This document shows positions 1 through 11,098 of a stretch of DNA of 64,000 bases, piece after piece. The stretch's first letter is position 1, and each line of letters opens with the position of its first letter. Below the pieces are notes generated by a model, which ran no database searches, was not told where the DNA came from, and worked only from the letters and a program-made list of their open reading frames with translations. Source of the DNA: the human T2T-CHM13v2.0 reference genome, Homo sapiens; the NCBI RefSeq assembly GCF_009914755.1, contig NC_060927.1. One strand, given 5' to 3'. The translations under genes were made by a program, and so were the position numbers.

Positions 1-316
1 AATTTATAATGCTTTGACTTGTGTTTTTTTAAATTTACAATAGTGTGAAGCAATATGCTTTGAGTATAAATTATACTCCAGTACAGTATTCAGTAGATTA
101 CATGAGATATTCAACACTTTATAATAAAATAAGCTTTCTGTTAAGATGATTTTGCCCAACTATACTCTAAAGTAAGTGTTCTGAGCATGCTTAAGATAGG
201 TTAGGCTAAACTATGATGTTCTGTAGGTTAGGTGTGCAAAATACATTTTTATTAAAATATTTGAACTTGTAACGAGTTATTAGGACTTAACCCTATCATA
301 ACTTGAGGAGCTTCTG
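1..316 (-). mobile_element. MER47A-like Tigger/pogo MITE, cut by the window start
   Basis: Matches the reverse of the MER47 consensus (gatgattttgcccaac...aagtgttctgagca...ggttaggctaaactatgatgtt). It ends in TIR-like gaggagcttctg followed by TA. Confidence 0.75.
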
Positions 317-437
317 TATTCACCATTCTTGAAAGTATTTAGAAATTACATGCATTCTTTTCCTTTGCTCAGAGTGATCCTTTGTCTTACCTATTCGTAT
401 CTCCAGTAGTAAAATCCATCTTATCTTTCTGACACAA

Positions 438-1521
438 TGTCTCTCGGTCACTTTGCCAGCCAGAGACTTTCAGCTGGTGATGCCCCTGCCCAGGCCTTGC
501 TCAAGCCCAGGTTCACTGCAGGAGATGCCTTGTCTACTTGTCCCATGGGACTGCACCTGGCTTTCACTCTGGCAAGGATCCTGTGGCTGCTGAGGCAGTG
601 CCTTCAGCCCCTGGCAGGAGATGGTGTGTTAGTGAGCAAGTGAGGGGTCCAGCTGGCTGTTCAAAGAGGTGTCACAGGAGCGGGCTCTGTGTGAGGCTTG
701 TGGCTAGACCAGGCATGTCACAAGCACCTCCCATGGTAGAATCTGGCATCCAGATCAGGGGAACATGGTAGCACTCAGGCAGGGTTGCCCATGACCCTCA
801 AGCCCTAGAGAGGGTTTTGCAGCATCCTAATTAGCTCTTATAGTCTCTCTGCCTACAGCCTGATAATGGTGGCGTGTTAACAGCTCTGTCAGCCTTTTCC
901 CCGCACCACCCTGTGGCTCTAGGGCTGGCTCGGCCCCAGCGCTGCTTCCCTTCACATGGGGCAGCTTCCCTCCACAGGCAGAGGGCAGAGGGCTACAGTA
1001 TTACAGCCTTCTTTGTACCCACATTTGATGGGTACTGAGTTCTTGTCCTGTGTCCAAGAAGAATGAGGATACACTGATATTTGGAGGGAGAGGAGGGTGG
1101 AGAAGAATTTTATTGAGTGATGAAATAGCTCTCAGCAGAGAGGGGATGTGAAGGTGGTCTCTCACCCAGAGTCTGGTGGTCTTTCTCCATGTGGCTGGGT
1201 CTGGGGCTTTTACGGGATCAGAATGAAGAGTGCATGCTGATTTGTTTGTGAGTATGCAAAAAAGGCTAAAACAAAGCCACCACTCAAAGAGGGGCACAAC
1301 CATGTAAAAAACCAATTAGGGAAGGGTAGGTATATGTAAAATAGGTGAAGGGTAGGGATCAATGAAAGGAAATTGCACCAAACAGGAAGAGAGATTCAAT
1401 CTGGTCCGTGGATTCACCTGGCACTTGTAGCTTGGCTTTAAATTGTCTTCGACTTGAAGGTCAGGGTTCACTGGAGACCCACCCTTGTCTGCCTAGGATT
1501 TGTCTGCCTCTTGCTGCTATA
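438..1521 (-). mobile_element. Solo ERV1 LTR, MER52/LTR27/LTR28-like
   Basis: GC-richer ~1.1 kb block starting TG. Reverse-strand AATAAA in agaagaattttattgag, tgtccaagaagaatgagg, and terminal tctgcctaggatttgtctgcctcttgctgctat typical of this group. No TSD seen. Confidence 0.7.
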
Positions 1522-3489
1522 GTTTCAAGACAAAGATTGTGTCACTTTTTAAACAAAGTCTTATACTATTTTCTCTAGAAATGTTATAACTTTTAAGCAT
1601 GCCACTACTTGATAATTATATTTTATATATTTTTTCAAATTCTGCTTTTTTTCATAATCGTATATAAAAATCTCTGGTACTGCTGATCAGGAGCTATACC
1701 AAAAAACTAAGAACGAGATTTTGTACCAATAGAAATTAAGAAATGCTTAGTGAGTTGCATGATCTTCAGTTAACATGGTTGTAAGCTTCTAAAAGGTATA
1801 CAAAATAATTTTCTAATAAATGAGTTAAAAGTATTCTTTGTTTTATATGAAGAGTCTGCATTTCTTATACACATTTATATTGTTATAAATTGAAGACATC
1901 TAAATTGCAGCATGGATATGTATTTATGATAAACCCCAAATTATTGATGCGTTAAGATAATGTTTGCATGTATGCCAGACAAGAATAGAAATTCAGATGA
2001 TTAAGGTGATTAAGTACCTATCCACTGGTGGAAGGGTGAGGGACTGTGGTAAACTAAAGAGTATATGCTTGCTTTATAAAATGCAATCATTAATGAGTTC
2101 TCATAGTTATGCAATGAGGGAAGGTAGGGCTAGTATTTTGAAATCTTCCATGTGATCAATCAATACTGAGCATAGGAAATTTAAGCAAAATATATATATT
2201 TATTTTAAAAATCAAGACAAAAATGAATATTGACTGTATATTTGTGTTAAATTATCAATTATATATTTTATTACGATAAGGTAATTAGCATAGCCAACTA
2301 GTACAAATAATTATCCAAAAGACAATTCATCAATTTTGCAATGAAATTAGGAGACTATGAAACTTTTGTCTATTACAAATTGTGTTATTCTCATGATTTT
2401 GTCTTTAATGAATGAATTCAAAATCATATAGATTTCTTTTTAATTTTTAAATTATATAACTTTCAATAACAAAGAGATTCTGTCACTCTTATTCATATTA
2501 TATAATTGTTTTTGTTTTATACTTTGGCAATTATAGTCAGCCTAAAGATTATATTTCATGCTTAAAACTCCTGAGAATTATATCCCATTTGGATTTTTCT
2601 TACTTAAGAACTTTATACATACAAATATTATTTCTGTGAACTCCCATTTTTTCTTGTCCTATCTAGTTTCATTTTCTGAAAAGAAAACAATGGCTTCAAT
2701 ACCTTTGACTTTTTTTCAAAATCTTAATTTGTTCTGAATTACAAAAGATGCATAGAGAGCTATCTTTTGGGAAGTGTAATCCCAGTTCTCAGCATGAAAA
2801 ATGAAATGATATAAATGTAACATTAATCTACTTGACAGGAAAAAGGGGGAGTTATATCTTTCTTTTATTCTAAAGTTAATTTTCTGAACTTACTCTCAAT
2901 ACAAGTTCTGAGGTTTCTGAGAAAATTGAATTTAAGCTCAGATAATATCCTATAGAATGACAAAATTAATATTTTTATGCATATTTTGCTTGCAATACAA
3001 ATTATAGCCTCAGGGCATTTTTGAAAATAGTCTTAATAAAGAAGATTCCATGGTCTAATATATGGAAAAAATGTTGACCCAGTGCTTCTACTACTCTTTA
3101 GCTGGAAACCTATATTTCAACACTGCCTGAACCTACTTTTCCAAAGCTGAATCCTCATAATGCCCACAATTCAGTGGATGGAATTATGGAACTTTTCTTC
3201 TAGAATAGGAAATCAGTTTTAGGAATCTCTCTTTCATCATTGGTCTTAGGTCTTGTTCTAGCATGGGGCCAATAAATGCTTTTGATTGAGCATTTTATTT
3301 ATTTCACTTTAAGTCTTCAAAACACATAGAATCTAATCTTAAATAATGAAGCTCAGTCTTAAGGTCAGCCTAAAACATGTTCGTGCAAATTTTTTGATGC
3401 TGAATGATATGCTTGTTTTCTAGACATTTCTGGTATGTCAGTAAGGTAGAGAAATTGACCTCATTGTGATTAGGTGTGGTGTAGCAGTT

Positions 3490-3615
3490 AGGATCACTAA
3501 ATCTGTAGTAAAATAACTTACCTTCAGATTCTTATTATTTATTCCTAGATTTAACTATTAAATTAGATAATACAGGCAAAATATTAATCTCAGTGCTTGG
3601 CACATGAGAAGCTCA
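3490..3615 (+). mobile_element. MIR 3' fragment
   Basis: attaaattagataat...cagtgcttggcacatgagaagctc resembles the MIR core/3' end. Confidence 0.5.
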
Positions 3616-3681
3616 TGTTTTAACTCCAGAGACTTCTATCTCTTTCCATTGGCATTTTCTCTCCATCACTCCTTTTCTTGC

Positions 3682-3737
3682 GTCAGGTACACTGGCGTGG
3701 CAGTGGACAGTCAGGTAGACTGGCATAGCAGTGGACA
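3682..3737. repeat. 28-bp tandem duplication
   Basis: gtcaggtacactggcgtggcagtggaca / gtcaggtagactggcatagcagtggaca (3 mismatches). Confidence 0.9.
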
Positions 3738-3829
3738 TTTTTGAGATCAAGCCAAGGAAATATTAACTTAAAATATGTTTAGTTTGGAGTTGGGGGATAT
3801 ATTTATGGGCTTTATAGAACTTCTTTGTA

Positions 3830-4505
3830 TAGTTATTATATTAAGTTTCTATCACTATATTACAAATTACTACAGACTTAGTGATTTAAGACAATATTGA
3901 TTTATTTTTTAATCTAAACATTGATGTGAGTTGAAAGTTGTGCACTGTTGACCTGTGTTCTATGATTGTATTTCACACAAAGCTAAAGTCAGCGTGTCGG
4001 CTGAGCAGCATTTCTTTCTGTTCCTTTCTGAAAGATCCTCTTTCAAGATTATGGGCATTATAGGGAGGCAAAATGCAATTCCTTGCATTTGTAGGACTGA
4101 GACCTCCATTCTGTTTTTGCTTGTCAGTGATGGATCACTCTCAGTTTCTAGGGGCACTCAAAGTTCCTTGCCAGTTGGCTTCTTTTGTAGGCCTTCTCAC
4201 ATCCTCATGCTCTGAATCTCTTCCTTCAGAAAGAGCTTAGTCCCTTTTAGAGTTTACCTGATTATGTCAGGCCAAACCAAGATGGTCACCTTTTGATCAA
4301 CTCAAAGTTCACTGATTTAGAACTTTATTACATTATAGAATCCCTCATCTTTTTAATGTAATGGAAACTAATCATGGGAGTAATATCTATCATATTCACA
4401 GTTCTGTCCATATGTTATATGGATTATATGGGGAAAAGATTATACAGGGTGTACACACCAGTAACCTAGACTCTCAGAATTTATCTCAGAATTCTCTCCT
4501 ACTTC
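3830..4505 (-). mobile_element. MLT1E-like MaLR LTR
   Basis: acaaattactacagacttagtgatttaagacaa at the left. acctgattatgtcaggcc...ttttgatcaactcaaagttcactgatt...catattcacagttct...gattatacagggtgtacacacca at the right. Confidence 0.75.
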
Positions 4506-4689
4506 AATTAATTACTACCAGTCATCCCAGAGGAGAAATGACTTTCAGCAGCATGCTTAACAAGTGCTTTGATGACTCATCAGGTACCATGACATTTAAG
4601 AGCACAGCCAGATATATGAAAGTGGCCTACAGTACCTGGTAATAAAAATATGGGAGTATATAAATGCAAGGTTGCACAAGAAAACTTGA

Positions 4690-5100
4690 AATGCCCTGAG
4701 GTTTGACAGCATATCTGAAAATTGGTAGAATTTCCCTCAACTTTGATAATAATCCCCCAAATTTTCTTCACACTAAAGAGCTGTGAGGATAAAAGAAACT
4801 CAACATTCTGAATTAGGAAAGATTACAGTCAGCAATGTTAAAAGAAAGACTACATTATTTTCCTTTAGAAAATTTCATCATTAAAGAGGCAAAGAATATG
4901 CACCTGGAACAGGGAAGTAAACATGTATTGTAATTTGTATTTTAATTTTGGATATATGTGTGACATTTGGCAGCTTTTAAAAATTTGTGATGTGTTTGAT
5001 TTTTTTAACTTATGGAAATAGTCACTTTAATTTCTAATTTTTATTCTTTTCCTTGAAGAGTCCCTATATTTTGTAAACTTTAGTTCCTAGAAAATCTGTT
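4690..5100 (+). mobile_element. Decayed hAT (Tip100/Zaphod-like) transposase 3' fragment
   Basis: gagctgtgaggataaaagaaac...cagtcagcaatgttaaaagaaagactacattatt resembles the hAT dimerization motif (SCEAER...STM.EERL). Heavily degraded. Confidence 0.4.
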
Positions 5101-5428
5101 GCTCTGTTATTATTGTTATTAAACTTTGAGCATATACAGCTTGGGGTAATAAACCTTAAGATCTCTGCATGTTGTAGAAACAGAAAATTAACCCATGTTT
5201 ATTGTTTAAAATATTAAATACATATAAAATATAAAAAATAAATCCATTAAACTTACTTCAAAACCCACCACACAAAGATGAATACTATCATTTTTCATGG
5301 TGGAGCAAAGCCATCACCTCCTATGTAGTCTGGAGATGTATTTTATTGGTTATCTTATTATGAGTATAGAATCACCAGTTAGTGGTTTCTTGTAGGTTTT
5401 CTTATTAAACTCATCCCTAAAATGCATC

Positions 5429-5690
5429 TATGAGAGGAAAATAAAAATCTCAGAACTCTAAACTCCCTGTGCCAAAGGGAAAATTCAAGCTTGGGAAGTG
5501 AGTCATGTGAAAGTGCTTCCCGTTTTTTCCTAAATAGATAACTATAAAGACAGAAGGCCATGTAACTCCCCATGAGGCCTCCCTCATAATTTGCTGATGA
5601 GGAAATTTTTTTGTGGGCCCAAGATGTTTAATCTAAAAAAGAGTTCTGTTAAATTTCAGTCTGACAATGTAAATTAACAGTTTATGTTCA
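5429..5690 (+). mobile_element. Truncated 5' LTR (MER4/MER72-like, U3 part only)
   Basis: Collinear with 9406-9673 (shared ctgacaatgtaaattaacagtttat). Homology stops at 5690. Confidence 0.85.
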
Positions 5691-7440
5691 GCTTTACTTG
5701 TATCATCTCCAAATAATAACACTTCTTGCTGTAATAATCGAACCCAGCCACTCTCTTCACCCTTCTGGTGAAACCCTTCATGACTGTATTCTGATGATTG
5801 ACAAACTTCTGACCCCCAGGGTAGACCTCCAGGGGATACCACTGGTTGGTATACAACTGGATCTTATTTGATAGAGGAGGATAGACATTTTAGAGTGAGA
5901 TATGATGCGGTTTCCTTATTAGAGGAAATTGAAGCTGGTCCTCTTTCCCAAGCTACATCAGCTCAAGTGGACAGATTGATTGCCCTGACCTGAGCTTGTC
6001 AATTGACAAAAAACAAGACTGTGAAGATATATACACTGACAGCTACTATGCATTCACCGTTGCCCATAACTTTGATGCTATGGAAGAGGAGATAATTTAA
6101 ATCTCCTCATGGAAACCCATAAACAATGAACAATAAGTATCAGAGCTGTTAGAAGCCATTCTAAAATCAAAACTTTTGGTGATTATAAAAGTCCCAGGCC
6201 ACTTTAAATTGTACACAACTGAAAGTTGGGGTAATCAATTTAATGGTGATACAACCAAAAGAGCAGCAGCATTCAAGACAATAGCCCCAATCTGGGGAGT
6301 ATCCGTAAAACCCCAAACACTTGAAAACATGTTAAATGAAACCAAGAGCATGGCCCCAACAAAAGAAAAATCTACTTGGAAACAAAAAGGAGAATACTTT
6401 TCTCGTGAAACTGAAATATGGTGTGGACCTGATAACAAATCCATTTTTCCAATGGGATGAAAGATGCTTCTTATGGGATATATTCACAATCTGACTCATT
6501 GGAATTCAGATAAAATAAGATCCTGATATAGACAATGTTATTGGATGCAGTCCATCACAGTGGCACTAAAAGTTTACACCTGATATGTTATTTGTCCCAA
6601 ATATCATCCAAGGAAGCCCCTCCATGGAGCCCAAGGTCATTTCCCCCTTCCAGCTGGACCTTTTGAGGTATGGCAGCTCAGTTTAATCCAGCTGCCTTCA
6701 TCTCAAGTTTACAAGTGTGTTTTATTGATAATCTGCATGTTTTCCCATTGGATTAAGGTTTTTCTCTGCAACCAAGCAACAGTGATGGCAGTTGGAAAAA
6801 AATCCTATTAGAAAATAATTACTCCACTCTGGGGAGTTAGTTCCCTCTGAACTTCTCAGTGATAGGGTAATTCATTTTACTGCCCAGCTCATTCAAAATA
6901 TTTGTAATATTTGGCACATATTTCAACTTTTCCATTGTGCCTATCACTCCTAGTCCTCAAGACTGGTGGAATGGACCAATAGAATAATTAAAACACAATT
7001 GGCTAAGTTTGTAGAGGCTTTTCACCGCCCCCAGCCCAAAGAACCTCCCTCGTGCTACTTACAGTCATATTCACACCTTTTGGAAAACATCAACTACCCC
7101 TTTATAAAATTATAACAGGAAGGCCCATGTGCATGGGAACTAAAATTATGGAACCAACCTTTCTCAAGAGAGATCCACCGCAATATTGTAAAGGACTTAT
7201 TCATCATCTTTCAAAAAGCTATGTTTTGGTAACAGATTCTATTCACAGTATGCTCCCTAAAGACACAGTTTCTGGTCATAATATATAGCCTGGAGATTTT
7301 TTGTGTTGGAAAAGACCTTTAATAAAGACTTTCTCTAGCCCTGGTGGAAGGCCTCATATGAGGTACTATTGACTAATTCATGTGTGGCAAAATTAACGGC
7401 ATAGACTCATGAATCCATATCTCTCCTCTTAAAAAGGCAC
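5691..7440 (+). pseudogene. pol: Decayed retroviral pol (RT connection end, RNase H, integrase)
   Basis: Broken frames give CNNRNPAT-like, ATSAQV..LIALT, YTDSYYAF, VIIKVPGH...GNQ (RNase H). Integrase: CPKYHP...GHFPLPAGPFEVWQL, SDRVIHFT, FHCAYH..SSRLVEWTN and a GPY/F-like PWWKASYEVLLT. Many stops and frameshifts. Confidence 0.9.
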
Positions 7441-7837
7441 AAGCTTCCAAGTGAACTGTGACTTCTACTGAGGATCTTCACCTTCAGTTCACTAAACAAC
7501 TATGGCCTTTGACCTAGAACTAGAAGCAGACTACATCTGTTGTGGACTGCTTTAACTCAAGACTCTGGACCAGGCCTGTATACAAATGAACACTTGTGTT
7601 TATTGTATTATAGCCATCATAATGATTTTCCTGGGGATACAGGCAATTGCTACTATCTGAAGCAGGACAGGACACATGTCAGGTCTGTTTTAATGTCTTT
7701 TTTAGTAGTTAAAATGAATTTCACAATCTCACTGCTATTTATTCTTTGTCCCTATGCCTTCTTACCACTGCCGCCCACTGTTGCCTATGAAACAAAACTG
7801 TTTTTACAATGAGCTCAGGATTATGCAGACAGATTAC

Positions 7838-7866
7838 AAAAAATAAATAAATAAATAAATAAAAAT
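7838..7866 (+). repeat. (TAAA)n microsatellite inside env
   Basis: aaaaaataaataaataaataaataaaaaa. Confidence 0.9.
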
Positions 7867-8832
7867 AATGCCTCTGGATATGCAAACTCATGCCTCTTTT
7901 CAGTGGCTCTGGCCTGCCATGGTGGGTATCTCTCTTCCAAGGTCAGAACAGAACAGAATACCAACAACTTATTTCATAAAAAAAAGCTTGGCATTCTTAG
8001 TGCCGCCATAACAAAAGACAATACGTATACTCAGTACACTAATAACACCCTAAAGAGCAAGGGACACGGAAAAAGCTTTTCAGTGGAAAGGACCGGCTCA
8101 CTAGCCCTCACCTTAGTGTCCCCTGAACTAAAGGAAGAAGCAATAACCACATTCTTGGTAACTGCCTATTTTTAAAACGTGATAAATCCAATTTGGGATG
8201 GTTTTATGTGGCTCACTCCTTCATTTGGCCAACTCAGTCAAAATTCTCCTTTATGCTGGGAACAGAGAAACCATATCAAGGACCAATGACCAGGCAGTAC
8301 AACAGATATAAAACGGCTACCTAGAGAACTTTGTGACCACATTATTATATTACAAACACTGACTGGCATGTCACCAATATGGTAAAGCAACTATGTATTT
8401 ATTGGCTAGCTGCAAATGGGACATATTGGCTCTTAGCACTCACTTATGGCTGTGGATTCCCCAGGATGGTTAGGATGATGTTATCCAGGTTATGCTTGGG
8501 AACAAAGATGAGTAATTTCAACTCTGCCAACACGCAAACCCTTTGCATTTACAATCTCACTGGAAACTTTTTGTATTTCAATAGTATGACCACTTAGCTT
8601 CTATCTTCATACCACAGATAAGTATCGTGAATGTCATATGGCAATAGAGGCCTTAACAAATCATACCTCAAAGGCCCTGAATGATTGCCACATAAGTATC
8701 TCTTTGCTAAACAATGAGGTATCACTTATGAGGAAAGCTGTGCTGAAAAATTATACGGCCATAGACATACTTGCTGCAGCCCAAGGGAGGAACTGCACCA
8801 TCAAAAAACTAAATATTGTGTTTATATCCCAA

Positions 8833-8898
8833 ATGAATCAAATAATATAACATGAATCAAATAATATAATATAATCAAATAATATCCCAGATGAATCG
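8833..8898. repeat. Short imperfect tandem repeats in the env TM region
   Basis: (atg)aatcaaataatat occurs three times, followed by a second atccca-atgaatc. Confidence 0.8.
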
Positions 8899-9405
8899 AT
8901 ATGAAAACTCAAATAACCAATCTGTCAGATCCCCAAATCTCACTAATCCACTGGATGAGTGGTTGCTTTGGATCCTGGGAATTTATGACAAAATGTATTG
9001 TTTATAAGAGAAATAATAATTTGCTTACAATATTGTTACCATCCATGTTTATAATAAAGTCAGCATACACCAGAATAGGTTAGCATAATGTTGGCCCAAA
9101 GGATTGCTCTGATTGAGGAGGTGGTAGCGTGGCATGAACCAGTTTCCAGGATTGCTTTTCCTTTGTTGCTAAAAATCTGGCCTCAGTCTTTTTGTTTGTT
9201 TCCTTTTCTTTTTCTTTCCTTCACCTGTTTTTGTTTTTTCCTCTCCATGGGACATCTCCTGTGATGAGACTTCCTAGCAATGTGGGACCTGAACAACTAG
9301 GAATAAACCATCCTAGTGATATTGAATAAGATCAAAACCCATAACCAGAGATTCATTTTCCTCTACAATGTTTTCTCTAAAAGATTTTTAAGAATGTTGA
9401 GGAAA

Positions 9406-10111
9406 TGTGAAAGTAAAATCAAAATCTTGGGACTCCAAACTTGCTATGCCAAGGGGAAAAGTTAAGTTTGGGAACCAAGTTACACAAAACTGCCTCACAT
9501 TATTTTTTTTTCCCTAAATAGATAGCTACAAAGATAAAAGGCCACATACCTCTCTATGGGGACTCCCTCATAACTTACTCACAAGGAAATACCTTGTGGG
9601 CCCCAAGGTCTTTATCCTAAAACAGAGTTCTATTGAATTTCATCTGACAATGTAAATTAACAGTTTATCTTCACAGGTAGGAGGTAAAGATAGGACCAGA
9701 ACTCATCCTTCTGCTCAACTAAGGCAAATGAATATTTGACTGCTTTCTCTACTCTATGTTTACTTTATCTTATGTAGAAATGCTGACAAACTGAGCAAGA
9801 GATGAGAGGAGATAAATGTGTTACTGACTATTCCATAGAATGTGGATTCAATGAAAGCGGATCAAAGTCTCAAAAGAATGTACCTGCTTGTTTCTTTTAT
9901 CTACCCTCCCCCTTGTTTTTCTTTTCTCTTTCCTCTACTGCCTGCTCTTTCCCCATTAAATATTGAAGTCCTCAAACCCTCTTTGGAAAATGCACGGATT
10001 ACAGATGTTCCTGTGTTTTTGTGTTCCTTTTTCCCAGGCGCGTCCTCAGCCTTGGCCAAATAAACCTCTAAACTGATTAAGACTCACCTCAATAATTTTC
10101 TTTGTTTTACA
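9406..10111 (+). mobile_element. Complete 3' LTR (MER4/MER72-like, ~0.7 kb)
   Basis: Starts tgtgaaagtaaaat and ends tttgttttaca (TG...CA). TATA-like attaaatattgaag at ~9955 and AATAAA at ~10059. Confidence 0.85.
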
Positions 10112-10569
10112 ATTGTATAAGAGTTCATGTTTTGGGTTCTTAAGAGTATGAACTTAAAAGCCATAGTAAAGAAATCTGAGGGCAGACTAGATTTTGTATG
10201 ATTTTTTTACCCCATGAAAGTATTCTTTTTAAGCTACCAAGTTTGTTGAGTCTTCTAAAATATTAATGTGTCATAAAAGCATTACTTTTACAGTAACATT
10301 TTTGCATTTCAAATTCAAACTCATATGACCCTTGGCAAAGTGGAATACAGCTTACTATTGTAGATCATTTAGAATGAGTTGGTTTTCTATACATTTTGCA
10401 GTGAAATTAAGGGCATTGAGTAGTTATGAAACAGTTGGTAACTTAAGAGAGGATGGATTATTATTCATAGCATTTCATTTTGTTTATATTTAAATTTATA
10501 CTTACTGGCATAATTAAAATTTTTAAAGTAGTATTTTGTAATATTTTCTTTCTCTTATTAATATAACAT

Positions 10570-10642
10570 TGTTTTTTTCTGTCTTTTTCTGTCTTTTTTT
10601 GTTTTTGAGATGGAGTTTCAATTTGTCACCCAGGCTGCAGTG
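10570..10642 (-). mobile_element. Severely 5'-truncated Alu 3' end with T-rich tail
   Basis: tttttgagatggagtttcaatttgtcacccaggctgcagtg. Confidence 0.75.
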
Positions 10643-10947
10643 TCTGTCATTAACTATGTATCTACATGTCAATATAGCCTTCATATTGACTTCACCAAAG
10701 CTAAATTAAACCATTTATTGGGTTATTTCAAATAATTTTTTCTTCTGTTACTTCCCTTTGAGTTATTTCTGCTCCCTTATACAATTTTATATTTGTCTTT
10801 CTTAAAACAAATTATGAGTTTTGAAGGTTTTATGTTAATTACTTTTAGATTTAATTATGTTATATAATTTTTCTAATTTCTAGATTATTTTTATGTTCAC
10901 TTTATAATCCCTTTATCCTTTATTTCTTTTGATTTTCATGTCTATTT

Positions 10948-11098
10948 TAATGTTGCCAGATCTATCAAATAAAAATATAACATGCCTAGTTCAACTGAAT
11001 TTTAGACACACAATAAGAATATTTAAGATATATTTATGCTAAAAATGATCTGAAATTCAAATTGAACTGGATATCTAGTATTTTATGTGGCCATCCTA
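10948..11098. mobile_element. MER53 palindromic hAT MITE with central deletion
   Basis: TIRs taatgttgccaga / tgtggccatccta, internal inverted arms, and an 8-bp TSD-like gtctattt / ttctatct. Confidence 0.8.

Larger units (their letters stand above)
7714..9140 (+). pseudogene. env: Decayed gamma-type env
   Basis: Signal peptide MNFTISLLFILCPYAFLPLPP, LFLQ*AQDYA, WICKLMP...SGLPWWVS, NGTYWL, GWLG*CY. TM heptad ALTNHTSKALND...LNNEVSLMRKAV and ISD-like LKNYTAIDILAAAQGRNC..CVYIP. Confidence 0.88.
5429..10111 (+). mobile_element. Internally deleted class I (ERV1, MER4-group) provirus: partial 5'LTR, RT end/RNase H, integrase, env, 3'LTR
   Basis: Two homologous LTR starts (5429 and 9406) flank recognisable pol and env motifs. 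A purine tract (gaggaaa) precedes the 3' LTR. Confidence 0.9.

Noticed and set aside
5680-5700. LTR-pol junction as a splice product (the 3' LTR has cacag|gtagg at the matching position)
   Set aside because: The site lies in U3, which is not at the 5' end of the genomic RNA. The junction also does not match the donor exactly. A DNA-level deletion is simpler.
8833-8898. Short direct repeats here and at 3682, 18029 and 58074 as CRISPR-like arrays
   Set aside because: Only 2-3 adjacent copies, no unique spacers, eukaryotic context. Ordinary slippage duplications.
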